Source: a virus. From it: a stretch of 64,000 bases of DNA. The stretch covers positions 12,000 to 75,999 of the IMG/VR virus record IMGVR_UViG_3300020474_000005; one strand, written 5' to 3'. Positions within the stretch are counted from its first letter, which is position 1; every line of letters starts with the position of its first letter. The notes beneath the pieces are model-generated. The model saw nothing but the letters and a program-made list of their open reading frames with translations. It ran no database searches and was not told the origin of the DNA. Position numbers and translations under genes: made by a program. Of the stretch, positions 30,088 through 41,200 are shown piece by piece.

Positions 30088-31920
30088 ATGAGTGATGATT
30101 TAAACAAATACAACAAAACAGGATACATAGCCGCAGTGGCAAGAGGTCACAACGCAGGTGTATGTTTACTGAAAGACGGCAAAATAGTATTTTCAATAGA
30201 AGAAGAAAGACTATCAAGAAGAAAATATGATGGTGGTCCTTATGCTTCCATGTTTGAAATATTAAAATACACGGACAAGATTGATTACCTAATAATTGCA
30301 CATACACAATCATTGAAAGATCCATCTACTGGCAGAGTAGATTATTCAGGAGATGATGTATACACAGGTATTGCTAGAAAGTTAGGATTAATAGATCCAT
30401 ACATTCATAAGATAGAACATCCACAAGTTATTGACTTATCACATATACACCACAAACTTCATGCCGCGTGTGCATTTTATAGATCAGGTTTTGACAAAGC
30501 AGTTGCAGTGATTGTTGACGGTGCAGGAACTTTTATACCTATTAAGAATAGTGTAGCAGGTGACATGACTGTATTTGAAGTTGAAAGTATATTCAGTTGT
30601 GATTATCCTAATGATATCTTTGCACTGTACAAACATTATGCAACAGGCACAGCAAGTCCAGGAGGTTACTATCCTGAAATGGATTCGGAAAGTATTAGTG
30701 AACCAGGAAAAACACATGAAGCATTATTCACAGACAAAGCAGGCATAACAAAAACATATGAAGCAATAACTCAGTATTGTGGATTCAGTGCCATTGAGGC
30801 AGGAAAGACTATGGGATTGTTTCCTTATGGAAAGAAAAATGATGTAATACCACCACTGTTTCAAAAAGAAGGAAAATTTGAATTATCAAATAGAAACTTT
30901 ATCATACCAACTTACCCAAATGCGGCGCAGGTAAACAGTCAAATATATCCTTTTGTGGATGCTAATCCTGATTCTGATAAAGGCGAAGATTGGACAAAAA
31001 TGCAAAACAGAAGAGACATGGCTTACGCAGTACAAAAAGAAACACAGAAACAATGTTTAGATTTAATTTACAAAGCAGTTGAGATGAGTGGATGTAAAAA
31101 TGTTGTGTTTTCTGGAGGATACGGATTAAATTGTGTGGCAAATTATTATTATCTTGAAAGTTTACAAAAAGACGGTATTAAGTTATATGCTGAACCAGTT
31201 TCAAATGATGCGGGAACGGCAATGGGTGCGGCTATGTTGTTCTATTACAGCCTTACACAAACAAAAGAAAAGAAAGTTGATGCACCAACTTTGTACTTAG
31301 GTCCAAAAAGAGAATACACACAAGAGCAAATAAGCGGAATATGTCAAAGACCAGGTGTTGTTTTAGAAGATTGTGACGATTCTAAAGTTGTAGAACTTTT
31401 AGTTAATAAAAATATTGTATCAATATTCCAAGGGCAAAGTGAAAATGGTCCTAGGGCATTAGGTAATAGAAGTATTTTGTTTGATCCAAGATTCAAAGAC
31501 GGTAAAGATTATGTAAACAGAGTGAAAAACCGTGAATACTTTAGACCATTTGCTGGAACAATACTTCATGATTACGTGCATGATTGGTTTGATCTACGTG
31601 GAATGGAAGAAACTCCACATATGATGTATGCTGTAAACTGTCAACCAGGTATAGAAGAGAAGATTCCAAGTATAATTCACGTGGACGGTACTTGCAGAAT
31701 ACAATCTGTGAAACGTGAACAGAATCCTTTGTATTATGACCTAATAAAAGAGTTCCATAAACAAACAGAATGTCCTATAATTTTCAATACATCATTTAAT
31801 TTAGGTGGTGAACCATTAGTTGAGACATTAGAAGACGCAGTAAGAACATTACAACACAGCGAAATAGAATATCTATATTTGCCAGAGTACAAAAAGATAG
31901 TAAAGGTTTTAAATGGCTAG
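30088..31920 (+). CDS. O-carbamoyltransferase (NodU/CmcH/TobZ family)
   Basis: EEERLSRRK, HHKLHA, VDGAG, GKTMGL, SGGYGLNCVAN, GPRALGNRSIL, RPFA, HVDGTCRIQ and NTSFN. Confidence 0.92.
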   Translation: MSDDLNKYNKTGYIAAVARGHNAGVCLLKDGKIVFSIEEERLSRRKYDGGPYASMFEILKYTDKIDYLIIAHTQSLKDPSTGRVDYSGDDVYTGIARKLGLIDPYIHKIEHPQVIDLSHIHHKLHAACAFYRSGFDKAVAVIVDGAGTFIPIKNSVAGDMTVFEVESIFSCDYPNDIFALYKHYATGTASPGGYYPEMDSESISEPGKTHEALFTDKAGITKTYEAITQYCGFSAIEAGKTMGLFPYGKKNDVIPPLFQKEGKFELSNRNFIIPTYPNAAQVNSQIYPFVDANPDSDKGEDWTKMQNRRDMAYAVQKETQKQCLDLIYKAVEMSGCKNVVFSGGYGLNCVANYYYLESLQKDGIKLYAEPVSNDAGTAMGAAMLFYYSLTQTKEKKVDAPTLYLGPKREYTQEQISGICQRPGVVLEDCDDSKVVELLVNKNIVSIFQGQSENGPRALGNRSILFDPRFKDGKDYVNRVKNREYFRPFAGTILHDYVHDWFDLRGMEETPHMMYAVNCQPGIEEKIPSIIHVDGTCRIQSVKREQNPLYYDLIKEFHKQTECPIIFNTSFNLGGEPLVETLEDAVRTLQHSEIEYLYLPEYKKIVKVLNG

Positions 31921-32893
31921 AAAAACAGCAATATTTGTAAACGGTGGTGCAGGTAGAAGCATAAGTTCAATACCAGCAATAGAAAAATACATAGAAGAGA
32001 ACGCAGATCTAGATCCAATTATCATTTGCGAAGGTGGTACAGATGCATACAAAGGTCATCCTAAACTACATTATAGAGCATATGACAATTGGCACAAAAA
32101 TTTATTCCAAGATTTATTAAAAGATAGAGATTTATTATCGCCTGAACCATATAGAGTATGGGAATATTACAATCAAAAATGTAGTTTAGGTCAAGCATAT
32201 GATATAGCAATAAATGATAAAGGAATTAGAGATTTGCCAAGAGCAAATTTAAAATTAAGCAAGGAAGAAATATTATTAGCACGAAAAATGATTGCGGAAG
32301 TCAAAGAAAAAACAGGAAAAGATAAGATTGTTGTATTCCAACCTTTCGGCAGAGGCGCACAGCCAGAAAAACTTGATGAAAAACAAAAAGAAAAACAACC
32401 TGACATAATAGACTCTACAGGAAGAAGTGTAGAACTACAAAATGTTTGGAATATTGTACGTAAATTAAGCAAAGATTATGGTGTAATGGTAATGAGTGAA
32501 TTTCCATTAGACTTTGGAAAGCACATACCCAATAAACCAGTGGCATTGCCTATGGGAACACACATTAGAGTATGGATGGGTATTATTCAACAAGCGGATC
32601 ATTTTGTTGGTTGCGATTCAGTGGGTCAACATATTGCTCATTCATATAATAAATCAGCAACTGTGATAATAGGCTCTACGTATCCTATTAATACTACTTT
32701 TCCAGATGATGAAAAATTCAATGTAATTGATTTAGGTAAAGATGAACGTGTGTACAGTCCAATAAGAGTCACTTCAGATGAGTTTTCAGACAGACTTAAT
32801 GAAGGTATTATGGCTATGGATGAGGAAGTAGAAACACGTATTATTAAATCTGTACAAAGGCTTATCAAACACGGCAAAAACGCCCGTAAATAA
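31913..32893 (+). CDS. GT9-like glycosyltransferase B (paralog of 29136..30086)
   Basis: GGAGRSISSIPAI, QPFGRG and ADHFVGCDSVGQHIA. Confidence 0.7.
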   Translation: MARKTAIFVNGGAGRSISSIPAIEKYIEENADLDPIIICEGGTDAYKGHPKLHYRAYDNWHKNLFQDLLKDRDLLSPEPYRVWEYYNQKCSLGQAYDIAINDKGIRDLPRANLKLSKEEILLARKMIAEVKEKTGKDKIVVFQPFGRGAQPEKLDEKQKEKQPDIIDSTGRSVELQNVWNIVRKLSKDYGVMVMSEFPLDFGKHIPNKPVALPMGTHIRVWMGIIQQADHFVGCDSVGQHIAHSYNKSATVIIGSTYPINTTFPDDEKFNVIDLGKDERVYSPIRVTSDEFSDRLNEGIMAMDEEVETRIIKSVQRLIKHGKNARK

Positions 32894-32960
32894 CCTATAT
32901 CTACGTATTCCACAACTACTGCCAATTAGGTAAATACACTATAACAAGGGATTTTCGACT

Positions 32961-33395
32961 ATGTTTGATGTATCAAGATTTTTTGGCAAGGGTGATAAAA
33001 ACACGCTTCTTTTGAAGAATGGTTTAAATTTTTCACACAATGGGCCATATGGAGTTGTAGAGGACGGTCTAGTATTAGACAAGTTCCATGTGAATACGTT
33101 TTCATCGGCTGAATATGCCATACAAGTTGACTACGATACTAACAACAAAGAACTTATTAAAATGTTAGTAACAGCAAGTCCCAATCAATCAGCACTTACA
33201 ATATATGCTAGAACAAATTTAGGAAACAATCTAATAACAATAGACAGCACAGTAGACAATTCATTGTGTAAAATAACAGTAAGTCCTACGGATAAAACTC
33301 AAACAGAGAAATATTCAGGATCTAAAATAATATTCAGTGCCACTTATTTTGCAACGCAAAATGCATTAGTGGGAGGAAGTCAGGTAACAAGTTAA
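32961..33395 (+). CDS. hypothetical probable virion protein (144 aa)
   Basis: Late promoter at 32931; beta-rich SAEYxIQV pattern. Confidence 0.6.
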   Translation: MFDVSRFFGKGDKNTLLLKNGLNFSHNGPYGVVEDGLVLDKFHVNTFSSAEYAIQVDYDTNNKELIKMLVTASPNQSALTIYARTNLGNNLITIDSTVDNSLCKITVSPTDKTQTEKYSGSKIIFSATYFATQNALVGGSQVTS

Positions 33396-33396
33396 T

Positions 33397-35253
33397 ATGG
33401 CAGTAGTAAAAAGACCTTTCATAAGTGAAAATGGTTTTCAAAGTACAGGATTCGCAGTTGATACGGCAGGTAACGTAACTGTCCGTACAATTACTAACAC
33501 ATATACTCCACCTGCTCCGGCAGTGGTTCCAGATTTTAATGTAGAGGAAACATCAGGTGCTTTTACATGGAAAAAAGACGGTACAGCAGTTGCAGGAAAC
33601 AATCCAACAATTACTATAGAACGTGGTAAAACATATTCTATAAATTTAACTTTAAACAGTTTAGCATTTAACATTTACAAAGCAGATACAGGTAACAGTG
33701 CTGTTCCAGGATTACTTTACAGCACAGGATTATCACACACAAACATTGTAACTGGTTCGACATTAGTTACAGGAAGTAAAAATTTCTCACAAACTTGGCA
33801 ACAAGCAACTACTGGAGCAAATAGAACTGCACAATATTTTGTGCCTGACACAACAGGAACGTCATATGCAACTAAAAAATTACCAGTTGTAATTGCTTTA
33901 CATGATTCAGGTAGCACTAGTGCAACAGGATTAGCGTCAATAAATTACATTACAAATTCAGTGTTAATTGCGCCTCAAGGTTACAATAACACATGGAACG
34001 TAGGATATCAATCTAGTAAAGCAGATGATATAGCATTGTTAGATTCAATTATTGCTGACTTGGCAAATTATGATAACGTTGATACAAGAGAAATTACAAT
34101 AATAGGTTATGGAAACGGTGCTCAGTTGGCTCTACAATATTCTAATTACAATCAATCTGCAACAATAAAAAATATAATTTGTTACAATGGTCTTCTACAC
34201 ATGGACCAATACAATTCTACTTTAGGAAAATTTTACAATTATTCTTTAAATTCTGTAGACAACGATACATCAACTGAAATTAGTTGGAGTGAACTTACAC
34301 CAATAGGACAAAGACAAGTATTAATGTTCAATGGTGAACAAGAACTTAATTTTTTATTCAACGGCGGAACTTACTTAGGTCAAAGTTTATACAGCGGTGT
34401 AGATAGTATTCATGGAATGGCTGTTGCAAACGCTTACAGTGGAACAAAAATTACATCAGCAACTTTACAACCAAATGGAAGTAATCTATACGATTACACA
34501 TCAGTTAAAATGTACTCATTTCCAACTGTGGCTAACAATTTTTCTGGTGTACAGAATGATATTAGAACATTAATTACAACACAAATTACTCCTTCAACAT
34601 ATTTGGATATTCCTACATCTACGACTTTGACAGATGCGGCGGCGCAAGGTCAACAAACAGGAAATTTAAGTTACACAGTTCCAGTAGATGCTCCGGACAG
34701 TATGTTTTATGGTGACAGTGATGGAAATCCGTTCGGAACGGTTACAGTTACACAACCATCAGTAATTGGTGTTGGTGTATTCAGCAGTATTTTAAACACA
34801 GGAAATTTATTACAGAATGGTGTTAATGCAAATATAGAAATGAAACCAACTGGAACAGGATTGATCACCATTAATCCTGAGACTACAGGTAGCATTAATA
34901 ACATGAATGTTAATACAGCACAATTAACAACATCAGGAAACGTAAATTTAACACCAAATGCAGATGTTACAATAAGTCCACAAGCAAGTGGTAACCTTAC
35001 AATTAGTCCTCTTTCAGTAGGCTCATTAGATAACGTCACAGTGGGCGGAACAACACCAAGAAATGGAACCTTTTCAAGTTTGGTTTCGAGTGCAGGAACG
35101 TTAAATAGTACTACAATAGGATTAACAACTGCGGCGCAGGCGGCATTTACATCGGCTACTGTAACAAGTGGGCCGGCAACGGCTAATAGTTTAACTAGAA
35201 AGTCGTATGTAGATAACACGGCGACAGTATTAAGTATTGCCTTAGGAGCATAG
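33397..35253 (+). CDS. fibre-type protein with inserted, degenerate alpha/beta-hydrolase (PHB depolymerase/LpqC-like) domain
   Basis: KLPVVIALHD, LIAPQG...WN, DDIALL...VD.REI.IIGYGNGA; C-terminal SIALGA. Confidence 0.6.
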   Translation: MAVVKRPFISENGFQSTGFAVDTAGNVTVRTITNTYTPPAPAVVPDFNVEETSGAFTWKKDGTAVAGNNPTITIERGKTYSINLTLNSLAFNIYKADTGNSAVPGLLYSTGLSHTNIVTGSTLVTGSKNFSQTWQQATTGANRTAQYFVPDTTGTSYATKKLPVVIALHDSGSTSATGLASINYITNSVLIAPQGYNNTWNVGYQSSKADDIALLDSIIADLANYDNVDTREITIIGYGNGAQLALQYSNYNQSATIKNIICYNGLLHMDQYNSTLGKFYNYSLNSVDNDTSTEISWSELTPIGQRQVLMFNGEQELNFLFNGGTYLGQSLYSGVDSIHGMAVANAYSGTKITSATLQPNGSNLYDYTSVKMYSFPTVANNFSGVQNDIRTLITTQITPSTYLDIPTSTTLTDAAAQGQQTGNLSYTVPVDAPDSMFYGDSDGNPFGTVTVTQPSVIGVGVFSSILNTGNLLQNGVNANIEMKPTGTGLITINPETTGSINNMNVNTAQLTTSGNVNLTPNADVTISPQASGNLTISPLSVGSLDNVTVGGTTPRNGTFSSLVSSAGTLNSTTIGLTTAAQAAFTSATVTSGPATANSLTRKSYVDNTATVLSIALGA

Positions 35254-35260
35254 AAAAAGA

Positions 35261-38200
35261 ATGGCTAAAAAACGAATAAACGACTATAAATTTATACCAG
35301 GTATACCTTCAACAGGTAATCTTTATCCTAATGCTTGGGCACAACTAAATGCCAACTTTGAATTTTTAAAAGATGAAGCAACGGCTTTTATTGCTTCAAG
35401 AGTAACAACAGACACAGCATACAATCCCTACCCAAATGCATCAGCAAGAATAGTAAACAACTTAAATTACATCAAGGCGGAAGTTGCCAAGTATGTTGAA
35501 AACCAAGTTGCAGGAAACGTGGCTCCATTTGCAGGTTACACAGGTTTATCAGCGAACATCAAAGCAGACGTTGAGAAAGTTGTTAATGCGGCATACAAAG
35601 ACACAAGATATGGTGGTAACGAAAGAATGCGAACACAATCCAACACATACTATATCGATGGTGTACTACAATTAGGAGACCAAGGTAATCCTGAAATACA
35701 ATATTTGACTTACGCAAGAACTTTGATCGACAGTTACATCTTACCAGGTGTTGCTAACTCTACAATAAACACAGAAGGAATATCACAAAACACTTCAGGT
35801 TCTAATGGAGAAGCGGCTGGTAGAACATTGATGAAGTCAAACATGGATGTAATAATTAATGCGATTGACAATGGAATACTTACTTTACCAGCAGAAGTGA
35901 TTTCAAGTTATCCATTTGCAGATTACACATATGACTCTTACCTTTGTGAAAGAGATATGGGTTACAATCTAACTGGTATATTAAAAGATTTAAGATATGG
36001 TGGAAATGAACAATCAAGATACAACGCAGGAACTTACTGGAACGGTGAAGTATCTGTTTTAACAGGAAATAGACAACCAGAAATACAAACAAAAAATGAA
36101 ATAAAAAGCATTATCAACAATTACATTTTTCCTGGTACAGCATTTTCAAGCAGACAGAGTCCTGTTGTTACACAACAAACAATTTTAGGTTCAGCAGGTG
36201 AATCTGCGGCAAGTACAAGAGTTACGAGTTTATTCGGAATAATCACAGACGTGATACAAAATGGTTTAGACAACTTACCTGCACAGGTATCAAACGGAAT
36301 ATCTAGTGTAAAAATTCCTGAAAGAGTTGAATTAGCAGAATTATTATTGATCACGAACACTACAGACAACACAGTATTATACACATTCAACGACGCGACA
36401 CAAGGTGCAACAGTAAGTTACAAAAGAGAATACGAAACAGGAACATCTAACACAACAGCATTTGTTGATCCAGATTTTCCTAAGGCATATCACGGAAATG
36501 ATGTAATCACTACAATATTTTTAAATGCTGATACATCAGCAGATGCCTCAACAGATGAAATACAAATATTTGTTGAAGATGATGAAGTAAGAACACGTCC
36601 ACATGACTTTGGAACAGATGCGATTGAAAGACTTAGAGTTGCACAACCAGAATCAATGCTTGACGCTGACTTTGAATACGGACTTCAGCCTACGAAGTGG
36701 CAAGCGATTGCAACACAAAGAGGTTATCCATCAATTTATGAAGTACCAGGTACAGACTTTGATATAGCAACTGTAACTTCTGATGCTTCTGCGGGAACAC
36801 AAGGTATTGGTTCATCTTTAATCACTGTGACAACAGTAGGTCCACACAACTTTGAAGCAGGACAACCGTTTACAATTACAGGATTTAACAACGCAGTATC
36901 AGGTTCAAGTAGAGCGGCGGGTTCATTTGTTGTAAACACTATTGTAAGTAACACACAATTTACATACTACGCAAAAGCAAAAGTTGCCGTTGCAAACCCA
37001 ACAACGATTTCTACAACTAACACACAGTTAAGAGAAGGTGACTTCTACACAGGAGCGGCGATTGGATTTCCTTCGTTCAGTGTTGCAAGTAATGGTTCTT
37101 CAGGAACTTTCACAACAACAATAAGTGCTTTAAGTGGTGCGAGTATTTTACCATACACAGGTACAACGCCACCAATTGGTGCACCTTTATCAGGAACAGG
37201 TATACAAACAGGTACACAGGTAACTGGTGCTAACGGATCCGGTGGTTCATTAGCATCTCCAAACGTTACAGGAGACTTTTTATCAGGTGTTACAGAAATT
37301 ACTGTGGCAAGTTCAGCAGGTATTGTGCAAAACTCAGTAATTGATAGAGGAGATGGTTACGCAGTTGCAATCACAAACATCGCTGGAAATAACTTAACAT
37401 TATCAGGACCTCTTACACAAAATTTAATTGGTGACATTACACAATACACAGGACTAGCAGGTGTAAATTATAACCCAGCGGGACAATTAGCAACATTTGA
37501 TATCACTAGAAATGGTGGAAACTACTCCGTTGTTATTGCGGGATCAGGTCAAGACTACACAGTAGGTGATGCGATAGTTGTAGCAGGAACAACTCTAGGT
37601 GGTTCTACTCCAGCCAATGACGCAACAGTATTAGTAGAAAGTGTAGACACAGGAGGAGAAATCCTTACAGCAACTATTTCAGGATCTGCATTCACTGGTT
37701 CAGGAAGCACAACAGGTACACCAGCAGTATTCCAAGGTGGATTAGGACAAGGTGCACAACTCAATGTAACAAAAACAAACCAATCTTACACAGTTGCATT
37801 AAATTCACCAACTTACACAGGCACAGCAGTAGGAACTTTCCCAGGAGCGGCAGGTTCAAGTGCAACATTTGATGTTGTTGCAACAGCAGGATCTTATTCT
37901 GCAAGTGTAAACGGAGCAGGTACAGGATACATTGTCAATGATGTAATTAGAATTGACGGTTCAACATTTGGTGGTACAAGTGCCAACCATGCAAACATCA
38001 GAGTAACAGCAGTAACAGGTGGTGGAGCAATTCAAACACTTTCAGTATTAGGTACAGCACCAGCACAGACAGTAACTTATAACACAGTTGCATTTACAGG
38101 TGGTAACGGTTCGTCAGCGGCATTTAACATTACGAGAACAGGTACAACTTATTCAGCGGCAATTACAAATTTAGGTTCTAACTATCAACAGAATGATATT

Positions 38201-41200
38201 TTAACTTTCGTTGGAACAAATCTAGGTGGTGCTACAACTGCCAATGATGCGGCATTAGAAGTAACAGCAGTTGATGGCAATGGTGGAATTTTAACTTTCA
38301 ACGTTACAGGTACAGCGGTTGATACAAAATCTTACACAGCAATATCAAGCGGTACAAACTTATCAGGTGTTGACGCAACATTTGATGTTGCAATTTCTGG
38401 AACATCTTATTCAGTATCAGTAAACCAAGCAGGTAGCGATTACAGTGTAGGACAAGATTTAAAAATATTAGGAACTTCTTTAGGTGGTACAACACCAGCA
38501 AACGATTTAACAATAACAGTAGCATCAATCACAGGTTCTACTGGTGCAGGCCCTATCAACACAATTTCAACATCAGGCACAGCGGCACTAGAAGGAACAA
38601 ATGGTTACAAAGTAGGTGATCGATTCTTAGTAGGCGGCGGTGACGTAGGTGGAGTGGCAACAACCAATGATGCTTATGTGGCTGTAAGTGGTGTAAACGG
38701 TACAGGTGGTATCACAGGTGTAACAATCAGTGGTACGGCAACAGATGCCAATGTAGATTATACAAGTCCAGCATACACAACATCCGCTTCGGGTACTGGT
38801 GCAGTGTTTGATATAAACAGAACAGGCACAACTTATACAGCAACATTCAGCAACAATGGTAGTTCATTTGTAGGTGCAGAAACAATAGATATTGCGGGTA
38901 CGGCATTAGGTGGAACAAGTCCAGCAAATGATTGTCAAATTACTGTTGACACAGTTTCAGCAGGTGCGGTAGCAACATTCACAGTAACTGGTACGGCTGT
39001 AAACACACAGGTTTACAACAATGTTAACAAAGCAGGTATAACAGGAACAGGTTTAAGTGTTAACGTAACACTGAACAGTGGTTCTTACAACGTTGCACTT
39101 AACAATCCAGGTGCAAACTACGCCGTTGATCAAACATTTAAAATTGCAGGAACAGATTTATTTGGTACATCACCAACAAACGATTTAACTTTTACAATCA
39201 CAGCGGTAAACAATATTCCAAGTGGTGTTGTAACAACAATAGGCAGTGTGGCAGGAACGGCAAACACAGGTACTGGTAACTCTTTAGGAGTAAGTGGTAC
39301 AAACAGAACTCCATCAGGAGTTGGTGCTCAGTTCAGTGCTACAAGATCCAACCAGACTGACTCTTCAACAGCATACACAGAAGTTACAATAACAAGTTTA
39401 GGTTCGAACTATGCAATAGGTGACAAACTTGTGATAGCAGGTACTAGTTTAGGTGGACAAACTCCGGCAAATGATATCACGTTAAGAGTTCAAAGTGTAA
39501 ACACAACTGGCGGAATATTGACACAAACACACAGCGGTACAGCAGTGGCTGGTACAGGATTAAGTGTGTATGGTTCGATATCTATATCAGAAACAATTTC
39601 ACAAAACATCGCACAGAACAGCACAATAAGTTACAGTGCGTTAGCAACTATACAGGTAGACTTTACTACTCCTCACGGACTAGTTCCAGGAAACGCATTC
39701 TTGATTGTGATACAATCAGATGACGGTGCCAATAATCACATACTTGCATCAGGTCCATTCCTAGCAACGGCAATTCCATCCTCAACAAGATTACAATATC
39801 AAGTTAGATCTCCGGGTGCAATAACAGATTCAGGTTGGCAAGGTTTTGTATATGCAAGACCAGATTCATTCTTTATACATAGACCATTTGATGGAGGTGT
39901 ACAATTAGGTACAGGTGGTCCATCACACGGTGCACAGGCGATACGTCAATCTAAAAAATACATTAGATATCAATCAGGTAAGGGTTGTATGTATACGACG
40001 GGTGCCTTGTTTGCTCCAAGTTATGACCTATTGACTGTGACAGCAGACGGATTAGCACAGGGATCAACAATCACAGTAACGACTGATGATGTTGACCACA
40101 ATTTACAGGTAGGTGCTAGAATAAGATTGATTGGTATTGCCACATCGGGTTATGATGGCACATACACTATCGCAAGTATTGTAAATGAAAGAACATTTAC
40201 AGTATTGGCAACTATCGCACTTGGCGGAACGACAGCAGAATTTACAGATCAACCACAGGTATCATTGTATCAATGGAATGGTGCAACTGTAAGATCAGGA
40301 ATATTTGATGACCAAAACGGAATTTATTGGGAATATGATGGACAAACAACAAACGCAGTACAAAGAACAGCAACAAGACAACTTGCAGGTGTAGTAACTG
40401 TTACACCTAACAGTAACACTGTATCAGGAACTGGTACAAGATTTAGAGAACAAGTTAAAGCAGGTGACAGAATAGTAATCAGAGGTATGACACACGTTAT
40501 ATCATCTGTTGCTTCTAATACATCAATGTTTGTTACTCCAGATTATAGAGGTGTCAACACTTCAACTGGTGTAAAAGTTTGTGCTGTTGTAGACAAAAAA
40601 GCAAAACAATCAGAATTTAATAGAGATAAAATGGACGGTAATAGCAAGAGCGGTTACAATTGGGACGTATCTAAGATGCAGATGATCGGGATACAATTTT
40701 CATGGTACGGGGCTGGATTTATTGACTGGATGGCAAGAGGTCAAAAGGGTGACTTTATATTTGCTCACAGAATGAGAAATTCAAACATTAACACAGAAGC
40801 ATTTATGAGAACAGGTAACCAACCTGTACGTTACGAAGTAACCAACGAAGGTCCAAACGGTAGATTAGAATTAGATATGACAACTGTACAAACAACTGTA
40901 CAATTAGTTGATGCAAGTTTCTTTCCGTCAACAGGTGGAACAATTTTCATAGACAATGAAATTATCACTTACACAGGTAAGACAGGTGACGTATTGACTG
41001 GTGCCACAAGAGCGGCAACACTTACAAACTTTAACGCAGGTGCTACAAGAAACTATACAGCCGGCGCGGCAACAACACACTTTAGAAACACAGGAGTTGT
41101 GTTAATATCTAACACAGCATCACCGATCATATCACACTGGGGATCAGCATATCTAACAGATGGTAACTTCGATGAAGATAGAGGATATCTATTCAGTTAC

